Shown here one piece after another: positions 17,834-26,900 of a stretch of DNA of 50,554 nucleotides. The translations under genes and the position numbers were made by a program. The notes under the pieces are model-generated. The model was given only the letters and a program-made list of their open reading frames with translations, made no database searches and was not told where the DNA came from. Origin of the DNA: a virus (taxonomy: Duplodnaviria; Caudoviricetes). The stretch spans positions 1 through 50,554 of the IMG/VR virus record IMGVR_UViG_3300032180_000009; one strand, 5' to 3'. Numbering within the stretch: the stretch's first letter is position 1; each line of letters starts with the position of its first letter.

Positions 17834-20695
17834 GTGACTGAAACCATTATCCAAGCCTCCTTCAACTCTGGTGAGTGGTCTCCAAAGCTCTTTGCCCGTG
17901 TCGATCTAGCCAAATACCGCTCGGGCGCTGCCCTACTCCAGAACTTCTTCGTTGACTACCGTGGTGGCGCTTCCACACGCATGGGCACCCGGTACATCAT
18001 TCAATGTCGAAACTCTGCCGCTGCTGTCCGTCTCATCACCTTCCAAGCCAGCTTCGCCGTTGGCTATGAGCTTGAGTTCGGTGAGCAATACATACGGTTC
18101 ATCTTTCAGGGCGCTCCGGTTCTTGAAGCCACCACGGCAATCTCAGCCATAAACATCGGCACCTCAACAATCACCGACACTGGGCATGGCTACGTCAATG
18201 GCGATTGGATTTTCATCGCCAGCATCCTCGGCACTGTTGGTAATCAACTCAACGGCAATTACTTCATAATCGCTGGCGCCACCGCCAACACCTACACCCT
18301 AACCGACCTAAACGGTGTGGCCATTGTCTTCACCGGAGCCTACACATCCGGTGGCACAGCCGCTCGGGTCTACACCCTTGCCTCTCCATACCACGCCGTG
18401 GATCTTCAGCTTTTGAAATTCGCCCAGAACGTTTCGCAGATGGTAATCTGCCATCCCAGCTACCAGCCCTATGTCCTGACGCTAATCTCCGCTACCAACT
18501 GGACCTTGCTTCCGGTGGTGATTGGTACAACAGCATCCACCCCCGGTTCGCCGGTTGTGACGGTGAATTTCCCAGCCCCAGGCGCTGCACCTGCGTCAAC
18601 ATTCTACTCCTATGCCATCACCTCCATTGATAGCAATGGCCAAGAATCCTCACCATCTACAGGCGGCGGTTTTGGTCCGACATACGATATTCGAAGCGTG
18701 GCTGGGTCACTTCAAGTTGCGTGGCCGGCGGTTGCAGGGGCTGTAGGTTACAACGTATACAAGGCCGATGTAAGTTATATCGGAGTTGTTCCCGCCGGGG
18801 TCACCTATGGCTTCATCGGCAGTACCGCGGGCAATGGCAGTACAAGTTTAATCGATTCCAACATCAATCCCGACTTCACCCAAACCCCGCCCATTTCCAA
18901 AAACCCATTCCTTGGCAATGGTGTGGCCTCGGTTGCTGTCACTGCCGCTGGCACCTACACAACGGTTCCGGGTGTGTCCTTCACCGGGGCAGCCTCAACC
19001 ATTGCTGGCTCCTGCGCCGCAGTGCTTCAGGTTCAAGGCACTCCCACAATCGGTGCTGGCGGAGCCAACTACGCCGTTAACGATCGAGTGACCTTTACCA
19101 ATGGCGTGGTTTTGGTTGTGGCCACCCTTGCCGGCAGCGCCGTAGCCACATGGAAAATCATCTCAACCTCTGGCGGAAGCCCCGGCTCCGTGACCGTAGG
19201 CAACACCCCAGCCAATCCTGTAGCTCAGCTCACAACCACAGGCATTGGCACAGGCGCTACCGCTAACCTCACCTGGGGTGTGGGCGTTGTACAAGTCACA
19301 GCCCCAGGCTCTGGCTACACCTCAACTCCCACCGTGACCTTCTCCTCAGGCGCTGCTACTGCGACTGCCACTCTCGGCGCTGCCTCCAATGGCTTTCCAT
19401 CTGTGCCGGGGTACTTCCAACAGCGGCTGGTGCTGGCATCGCCATCGGCAGCCCCATCGACCTTCTATTGCTCCCAACCCGGTGCGTACTTCAACTTCAA
19501 CGTCTCACAAATCACTCAAGCCGACGACTCCATCACCGGAACGCTTGTGTCTGGACAACTCAACACCATCAAACAGATGGTCCCACAGACCTCTGGCTTG
19601 TTGATGTTCACCGACCGAACCTCGTGGCTCATCAACGGTGGCAGCCCCGGCTCTGCCATCTCGCCTCAAGCCCTAGTCGCCAATCCCCAATCCTTCAATG
19701 GCATCGCCGACATTCAACCCATCATCGCCAATTTCGATGTGCTCTACATTCAAGCTAAGGGCTCAATCGTTCGCGATAGCACCTACAACATCTACGCCAA
19801 TGTCTACACCGGCACTGACATCTCGGCCATTGCGTCGCATCTATTCTTCGGCTTCACCATCACCAGTTGGGCCTGGGCCGAAGAGCCCTTCAAGGTTGTG
19901 TGGGCTATCCGTTCCGATGGCACTATGCTAACCCTCACCTTCCTCAAGGAACAAGAATTCATCGGCTGGGCCCATTCCATAACCCAAGGCACTTTCCTAT
20001 CCGTTGCCACAGTGATCGAACCCACAGCCACTGCGGGGAATGTCGATGCGGTTTATGTTGTGGTTCAGCGCACTATCAATGGCAACATCGTCAAATACAT
20101 CGAACGTGTTGCGGAGCGGACCTTTCCGTCCGGTGTCGCTGATGCTTGGTGCGTGGACTGTGGCATTCAGTACTCAGGCGCTCCCGCCACGACCTTCAGC
20201 GGCGCACAGCAACTAGCCGGGGCCACCGTCACTGGCCTTGCCGATGGCGTTGTGATCCCACCGTTTGTGATGCCAACCACTGGCACCTTCACCCTTGGCA
20301 CGGCAGCGTCTAAGGTCACTATTGGTCTTGGGTACACCTGCGATCTTCAGACCCTGCCCTTGGATATTGGTGAGCCCACCATTCAGGGCAAGGTGAAGAA
20401 AATCTACGCCGTGGATGTTCGTGTGGCCGATACCCTCGGGCTTTCGATTGGCAGCGACTTCTCCCACCTTGTCCCGATGAAGGATCTGGTAGTTGGCAAT
20501 GTCTCCTCGATGCTTACTGGGCAATCGGTTCAGGTTGTGTCTGGGCTTGTCAATGGCGATGCTAGAACAATCCTTGATCCGAGATTCATCGTGCCTGGGC
20601 AATACTGCATTCGCCAATCCCAGCCCCTGCCCGCCACAATCCTTGGCGTTCTTCCTCAGTTCGAACTCGGCGAGCCAGGATCCAAATCCCGATGA
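17834..20695 (+). CDS. Tail tubular protein B / nozzle (T7 gp12-like) with insertions
   Basis: IQASFNSGEWSP.L..RVDL.KY, RMGTRY, LEFG..YIRF, FPS...YFQQRLVLA, WAIRSDG, C-terminal QPLPATIL. Confidence 0.9.
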   Translation: MTETIIQASFNSGEWSPKLFARVDLAKYRSGAALLQNFFVDYRGGASTRMGTRYIIQCRNSAAAVRLITFQASFAVGYELEFGEQYIRFIFQGAPVLEATTAISAINIGTSTITDTGHGYVNGDWIFIASILGTVGNQLNGNYFIIAGATANTYTLTDLNGVAIVFTGAYTSGGTAARVYTLASPYHAVDLQLLKFAQNVSQMVICHPSYQPYVLTLISATNWTLLPVVIGTTASTPGSPVVTVNFPAPGAAPASTFYSYAITSIDSNGQESSPSTGGGFGPTYDIRSVAGSLQVAWPAVAGAVGYNVYKADVSYIGVVPAGVTYGFIGSTAGNGSTSLIDSNINPDFTQTPPISKNPFLGNGVASVAVTAAGTYTTVPGVSFTGAASTIAGSCAAVLQVQGTPTIGAGGANYAVNDRVTFTNGVVLVVATLAGSAVATWKIISTSGGSPGSVTVGNTPANPVAQLTTTGIGTGATANLTWGVGVVQVTAPGSGYTSTPTVTFSSGAATATATLGAASNGFPSVPGYFQQRLVLASPSAAPSTFYCSQPGAYFNFNVSQITQADDSITGTLVSGQLNTIKQMVPQTSGLLMFTDRTSWLINGGSPGSAISPQALVANPQSFNGIADIQPIIANFDVLYIQAKGSIVRDSTYNIYANVYTGTDISAIASHLFFGFTITSWAWAEEPFKVVWAIRSDGTMLTLTFLKEQEFIGWAHSITQGTFLSVATVIEPTATAGNVDAVYVVVQRTINGNIVKYIERVAERTFPSGVADAWCVDCGIQYSGAPATTFSGAQQLAGATVTGLADGVVIPPFVMPTTGTFTLGTAASKVTIGLGYTCDLQTLPLDIGEPTIQGKVKKIYAVDVRVADTLGLSIGSDFSHLVPMKDLVVGNVSSMLTGQSVQVVSGLVNGDARTILDPRFIVPGQYCIRQSQPLPATILGVLPQFELGEPGSKSR

Positions 20696-21108
20696 ACATC
20701 ATGAAGTTCAAATCGCAAGATGCGTGGGACTTGCTTTACCCTGAGCATCTGTCAATGCTAAGTGAGTTCAACCAAGATACAATGCGTCGGGCTATACTCA
20801 ACTCAACTTGGGTTTGGATAGGAGACGTTAATGGCAGAATATTCGGTTTCTGGGGACTTATCGCTCCGACCCTTTTTAGTGACAGAGCTTACCTCTGGTT
20901 CTTCTCTACCCCGTATTTGGATCAATGCCGATTCGGATTGGTACGACATTCCCGTAGAGTTACTGCCGAACTTCTTAGCCACTATCCCATCTTGGTCGGA
21001 CATGGACGAGCCGATGATCCAAAAAGCCTGCGATGGCTTACTTGGTGTGGTGCGGTGTTCGGAGAAAGCCAAGGCGACCTAATCCCCTTTGAAATAAGGT
21101 CTGTGTGA
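20692..21108 (+). CDS. T7 gp13-like (GNAT-fold) virion assembly protein
   Basis: Position after the nozzle; AYLW...SLRWLTWCGA.F motif. Confidence 0.7.
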   Translation: MNIMKFKSQDAWDLLYPEHLSMLSEFNQDTMRRAILNSTWVWIGDVNGRIFGFWGLIAPTLFSDRAYLWFFSTPYLDQCRFGLVRHSRRVTAELLSHYPILVGHGRADDPKSLRWLTWCGAVFGESQGDLIPFEIRSV

Positions 21109-21647
21109 TGGTAGCCGCAATTGGTGCTATTGGTATTGGAGCCTCTTTAGCTGGAGGCATCCTCGGTGCGGAGGGAGCGAAGCAATCCGCTGCCTCCCAA
21201 CAGCAGATGTACAACTACCAAGCCGGTATCGCCAAGATCAACTCCCAGATTGACCTACAGAACCGCGACTATGCGTTGAATGTGGGCGAAATCCAGGCCA
21301 CGAAGTTCGGGCTTCAGGAGGCTCAGCAAGAAGGCCATATTCGGACACAGCAATCCGCGTCCAATCTCGATGTGAACTCCGGGTCGAACCTAGATGTCCA
21401 AACCTCTCAGCGCAAGCTTGGGCAGATGGACCTAACCCAGATCCGATCCAACGCTGCTAAGACCGCCTATGACTTTGATGTGAAGTCCACAATGGACCTG
21501 AACCAATCCACCCTCGACATCATGGGCGGGCAGAATGCCATCACCGCTGGCAACATTCAAGCCGAGGCCTCCATCATTGGGTCGGTTGGATCGGTGTCGT
21601 CGAAGTGGATGCAGGGTAATCAAGCTGGAATGTGGAGCACTGGTTGA
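21105..21647 (+). CDS. Internal virion/ejection protein B (gp14-like)
   Basis: Hydrophobic Gly/Ala ends, Gln-rich core, SNLDVNSGS motif; position. Confidence 0.75.
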   Translation: MMVAAIGAIGIGASLAGGILGAEGAKQSAASQQQMYNYQAGIAKINSQIDLQNRDYALNVGEIQATKFGLQEAQQEGHIRTQQSASNLDVNSGSNLDVQTSQRKLGQMDLTQIRSNAAKTAYDFDVKSTMDLNQSTLDIMGGQNAITAGNIQAEASIIGSVGSVSSKWMQGNQAGMWSTG

Positions 21648-21811
21648 TGGTCATGATCAAAATCGTAGCACTCAACGATCTTGGAGATGAGATTACCTTT
21701 GTGACAATCACCGACTTGGATATTGACAATAAGCCGGAAGAGCACAAGTTGGTACGTAGCGCCTTTAGGTTACTCAATGAGGAATTGATTCAAATTGGGT
21801 TGAAAGATTAG
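21647..21811 (+). CDS. Small hypothetical protein (54 aa, MVMIKIVALND...)
   Basis: Read from sequence (below ORF-track cutoff); TGATG coupling; fills the gap. Confidence 0.55.
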   Translation: MVMIKIVALNDLGDEITFVTITDLDIDNKPEEHKLVRSAFRLLNEELIQIGLKD

Positions 21812-21814
21812 TCT

Positions 21815-23971
21815 ATGCCCCAAGTGCCGTACTCAGGTGCCCCGACCGTTTCGCCACAGAATGACGCCACTCCGCGCTACGATGCCAATGTCACTCCAGA
21901 TATGTTCGGCGTCAACATCGGCCAAGCCGTTCAGCGCCTAGGTGCAACCGCGGATCAGGTTGGGAATGAGATTTTCGCTCGCGGCCTCGCGATGCAGGAC
22001 CTGGCCAACCATAGTGAAGCCCAAAAGGCCGATGCTGATTATATGGAGAAGGCCGGGGAACTGCACGCTGAGTTCTCGTCGAAGCAGGGCAAAGACGCAG
22101 TCGATGCCTATCCCCAATACATGGAGGACCTACGAAAGGCCCGCACTGACATAGGGGCTAAACTTTCCAACCCCATGTCCCAAAAGCTATACGACGCCGG
22201 GTCATTGTCCACCTACGGCCGCACAGTGTTCAATGGTGCCGGCCACGCTGCCACTCAGAACAAAGTCTATGCCCTTGGGGCCTCACAGGCTAAAGTGGAT
22301 GCCATCGGCAATCGCACTCTGGGGATGCCTACGGACGAGAATGCCTTTCAAGATGGGCTTCAGGATTCAGAAGACGAAGTTCGCGCTCAGGGTGCCCTCA
22401 AGGGCATGGCACCTGAGGCCATTGATCAAGCAGTGGCTGCCCAAACCTCCAGCCTTTGGTCCCAGCGCATCAAAGGCCTTGTGAAAACTCAACCCATCCA
22501 GGCTGGGAAGATGCTTGAGCAGGCCATTAAGGATGGTGAAGTCCAAGGCGAGGACATTGGCAAACTCACCGGTCTAGTGCAAACCGCCCGCAATACCACT
22601 GGGGCTAGAGTGGTTTCCAATCAGGTCTTCAGTGGGGTCAATGGTCGCTGGGGTCAGGGCCAAGTTGATATCAAGGCCGCCGGTGAAGCCATTGGGCAAA
22701 TCGAATCCGGTGGGAACTACGACACTGTGGGTGTGCAAACTGCTCACGGTAAGGCCCTTGGTAAGTATCAGGTGATGGAAGAGTTTCTGCCGGAGTTTTT
22801 GCAGAAGGCCGGTCTCCCTGCCATGACTTCAGCGGAGTTCTTGAAGAACCACTCTGCGCAGGACGCAGTCTTCAGTGCCAACTTCGGCGCCTACATGAAG
22901 CAAACCGGCTCAGCCAATGACGCTGCGTCTATGTGGCTGACTGGCAAGCCCCTAGCCGAAGCCGGTGGCCGCAAAGACGCTCTTGGTACTGACGCTCAGA
23001 CCTACGTCCAACGGTTCAACGCCGCACTTGCCAAAGGCGCACCACTCTCAGCTAAGGTGGCCATGGGCAAATCCATAGCCGCTGAGCAGGCCCCTGAGGA
23101 CCCACTCTTCCCGGACTATGTCCAACAACGGGTCGAGACCGATCACAATCAACAAATCGCCATTAAACGGGATGACATCTGGCAGGCGCAGCAACCGATC
23201 GAGAATGCCCTCACTGGCGGTGGTCAAGGTGGGAAGATCCCAACTACCATCGAGGAACTGACCTCCGACCCCAAGATTGCTCAAGCCTGGGACCGCCTCG
23301 GCGAACTCAATCCAGCGAAGCAACGGTACTACCTCGATGTGATGTCCAGGCATGCCAAAGGCGATCATGCTCTGACTGCCTCCAACATGCCCACCTACCT
23401 CAAATTCACCGGCATGGCCAATGACCCGGACCGTGCGGCGGATTTTGTGGATGACAGCACCTCCAAAGCCATCCTCGACTCCGACATCCCCATTGCCAAG
23501 AAGTCTGAACTCTTGCAACTCCAGCAGAAGATGCGTGGGAAAACCGAGGCCGCCAACCCACAGATCCGGCAAGCGTTACAAATCCTCGGCCCTGATCTTC
23601 AAGCCGCTGGGCTCAACGACCCCACTCGCAAAGACGATAAGGCGCAGTTTGTGGGGGCCCTTGCCGATCAGCTTCGACAGTTCAGCGTCGACAACACCCG
23701 ACCGCCGAAGTTCGAAGAATACCGCCAGATGGGTGCGCGCCTCCTTCAGAACCAAGAAGTCCCAGGGCGCCTGTGGGGCACCAACACCACTCCGGTGTAC
23801 CAAGTCCCGGTGCCATACGACGTGCTTACTCAGGCCAAAAAGCTAAACCCCGCCCTCAGCGATTGGGACATCCAACGCGAATACACTCGGCAACTCTACA
23901 AGGAGAAGTTCGGCAAACCCGCTAAGGCCGAAGCCTCCCCTTCCAACTCCGGCGCTCCGGTGAGCCAATAA
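21815..23971 (+). CDS. Internal virion/ejection protein C with lytic-transglycosylase-like domain
   Basis: IGQIESGGNY...ALGKYQVM...FL....AQD lysozyme-superfamily motif near 22690-23030; position. Confidence 0.8.
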   Translation: MPQVPYSGAPTVSPQNDATPRYDANVTPDMFGVNIGQAVQRLGATADQVGNEIFARGLAMQDLANHSEAQKADADYMEKAGELHAEFSSKQGKDAVDAYPQYMEDLRKARTDIGAKLSNPMSQKLYDAGSLSTYGRTVFNGAGHAATQNKVYALGASQAKVDAIGNRTLGMPTDENAFQDGLQDSEDEVRAQGALKGMAPEAIDQAVAAQTSSLWSQRIKGLVKTQPIQAGKMLEQAIKDGEVQGEDIGKLTGLVQTARNTTGARVVSNQVFSGVNGRWGQGQVDIKAAGEAIGQIESGGNYDTVGVQTAHGKALGKYQVMEEFLPEFLQKAGLPAMTSAEFLKNHSAQDAVFSANFGAYMKQTGSANDAASMWLTGKPLAEAGGRKDALGTDAQTYVQRFNAALAKGAPLSAKVAMGKSIAAEQAPEDPLFPDYVQQRVETDHNQQIAIKRDDIWQAQQPIENALTGGGQGGKIPTTIEELTSDPKIAQAWDRLGELNPAKQRYYLDVMSRHAKGDHALTASNMPTYLKFTGMANDPDRAADFVDDSTSKAILDSDIPIAKKSELLQLQQKMRGKTEAANPQIRQALQILGPDLQAAGLNDPTRKDDKAQFVGALADQLRQFSVDNTRPPKFEEYRQMGARLLQNQEVPGRLWGTNTTPVYQVPVPYDVLTQAKKLNPALSDWDIQREYTRQLYKEKFGKPAKAEASPSNSGAPVSQ

Positions 23972-26900
23972 TGGTTGACGCAACCGATATTGTCACTGGG
24001 TTGGCGCAAAGTCGCAATGAGGCGCTGCCGCAGGTTGTTGGCAACATCGACGAAGATCCCGATCGGGCTCAGCGGGCCTATGACCTTGCCAAGATCACTG
24101 GTACTCCGGCTACATCGATCTATGGCGACCTTGATGAATTTGAACGCAACACCAAAGCCAAAGTCGCCTCCGACATCGTCGCCAATAACCCGCACCTATC
24201 GACGTTCGTCCAATCCAATCCCATGGTGCCGAAGATCTTCGCCAACTCCTATGGCGTCTTGGATGAAGTCTCGTCGAAGATCTCGGCTATGTCCCTGCCA
24301 GTGCGGAAGGGCTTCAACATTGGCGTTGGCTCAGGGAAGCTTGGGGATTGGACTGGCGTTGATTGGGAAGACCCTGCGTTCCAAGCCGAACACCCCAACC
24401 AATCCATGGTGGCGGCCTTAGCCACTGGCGTTACCGATCCCTTTGAAGCCGCAATGCGGATGATGTCGGGCGGGGTGTATGGCACTGCCTATGGGCTGGC
24501 CGCGGCGTACAAGTCCATTGTGGGTAAAGATTCCCCAATCGACCCGGACGACCTTGCGCAAGCGGTGCAGGACCCAGCCACAATGGCGACCTTAGGTCCC
24601 CTAGGCGAGATGGCAGGCGCTGCCCTGAGCCACAATGCCCACCTAGCTAAAGCCATTCCTTGGATCGAACATGACCGCCTGCCGCCGCCTACAGTGCTTC
24701 CTGAGTTGGATAAATTCCGCGAGGACCAAAACGCCAAAGACATTGAAAGGCTTCTGGATGCAACCAAAGCCGCAGCCGGAGTGCCCGAACGAACCACCTC
24801 CCCAGACCTGTACCGCCAATTCATTGCAGATCACACGGATGCTGAGATCTCGGTCAGTGGGGACGCAGTGGCTGCTCTTTACGGAGATAAACTTCCCCTA
24901 CCCGATGATAATCTATTGGGATGGGTCCCTGGAATTGAGGATAAAGTAGCGGCGGCTAGGGCCTCGGGGGATGATGTGCACATTCCCCTTGCGGATTGGC
25001 TCACTCACATCCCCGACCTGCCGGATGTGATGAAGGCGCTGGAGGATGACATTCGGGTGCGGCCGGAGGGGATTACCAAGAACGAAGCCGAGTTGGCTAA
25101 GGAGGCCAAAGAGGCTCAGCCTGAGAGTACACCCGATACCACGCCACTGCCTGATACTGTCTCTGCCGTTCGCGCTGCCTCTGCCCTTGAGCCAATGTTG
25201 TCCATCGGGGATCGGAAGCTTGAGATTCAGCGAATGAAAGATACTGGCAGTAGCCAGTTCGGTCAAGCCCAGGGCTTTCATGACTTCCATCTGGTGGATG
25301 AAAAAGGCAATGTGGTTGGTTCACTCAACCTCAGTGAACAGAAAGGCGGTAAGGAACTCTATATCGATATGATCAATGGGGTGAATGGGCTTGGGCCACG
25401 CGATTTCGGCCCAGCATTGATGCGGGATTTGTTTCGACAATTGCGCGCTGCGTTTCCTAACGCTGAGACTTTGGGTGGGCATAGAGTCTCGGGTGCACGA
25501 GATCGATTCAACACCTACAACGAACCTCATGCCATGTGGCATCTGCCGATGGATAAGCTTGACCGAGCGGACTCGGCGGCTGACTTTCGCCAGATCCTTG
25601 AGGATGGTCAATGGGAGACCTTCTCGCCAACGACCCAGGCCTACATCAAGCCCGACTTTGCGTACAGTGAGCAATCTCGTGCGCTGATTCAAACTGTCAA
25701 TGATGAACTCTCTCGTATAGCTCCGAAGAAGGTTTCAGGCGGGGCCGTTGAAAGTATTAAGGTCGACGCCAAAGGCATTGCTGGACAAAGGGCTGGTGAA
25801 GACATTCAGGCTGCCGGCATCTATATGCGCTATCGCGAGGGTTATCCGATTATCCTTGCGGCGTTGGATGGGCAAGATGCTCTTGGAAGTCTCAGGCATG
25901 AGGCCATTCACCACCTGCGGCAGTATGGGTTCTTTAAGCCTGAGGAATGGACTGGACTTCAGGCAGCGGCTCTTCAACGTGATGCTGAAGGCAAGAACTG
26001 GCTTGATCGTTATAACATCGATAAGCTATACCCAACTGGCAACCTTGAACTAAAGCTTGAAGAAGCCATCGCCGAGCGTTACAAGGACTGGGTTCGGGAT
26101 GGTCGTATCGATGACATGACCGCCAGTGAGGTTGGCGTCTTTCAGCGGCTGAAGCAACTGTTTGATGCCATCAAGGAACGCATTTCCCAGATGCTGGGCA
26201 AACCAGCCACATGGGAGGACATCTTCAAGAAGGTCGACACTGGGGAGATAGGGTCGAGGGAGGGCACAACGCCGATTGATCCAAGGTCGTTTGATGAGAA
26301 GCTGAGTGTGCCGCCGGAGGGTGGTTCCCGTTCTTTCGAGCGCGCTCAAACCTTAGGCACGACCGATACTGCTTTCCGTGCCTATGACAAGCGCCTTCAG
26401 GAACGCCATGCGGACGATGTGGCCAAATCCACCGAACGTGCTGAACGCCAGAAGTCCCGCCAACTAACCACAGAGTGGAAATCCAATCGTGTCGATGTCA
26501 GAAAAGAAGTATCCGACGGCATTCGCAATCGTCCGGATGTCGCTGCTGATTTGTTTCTGGCTGGTGATGGGCTTTATGGTCGCCAACGTGGGATGGCGTA
26601 TAAGCTCGATGCTGATGCCTTGACGGCAAAGCAAAAAGCCATGCTACCGCCGGAGTACTATGGAAAGGATGGCCTCCATCCGGACGATGTGGCTAGGATG
26701 TTTGGGTATGGCAGTGGCGACACCATGGTGGATAAGTTGTCGGCGTACAACGTCACCCGTCGAATGGCGAATATGTCGTCTAAGGACTTCGTGGCCAGGG
26801 TCATCGATATCGAAACCGATCGGCAGATGAAGCTGCGGTATGGCAACCTTGATGAAAACATCATGGACTCCGTGAAGGAACAAGTGGCTGGGGAGACCCA

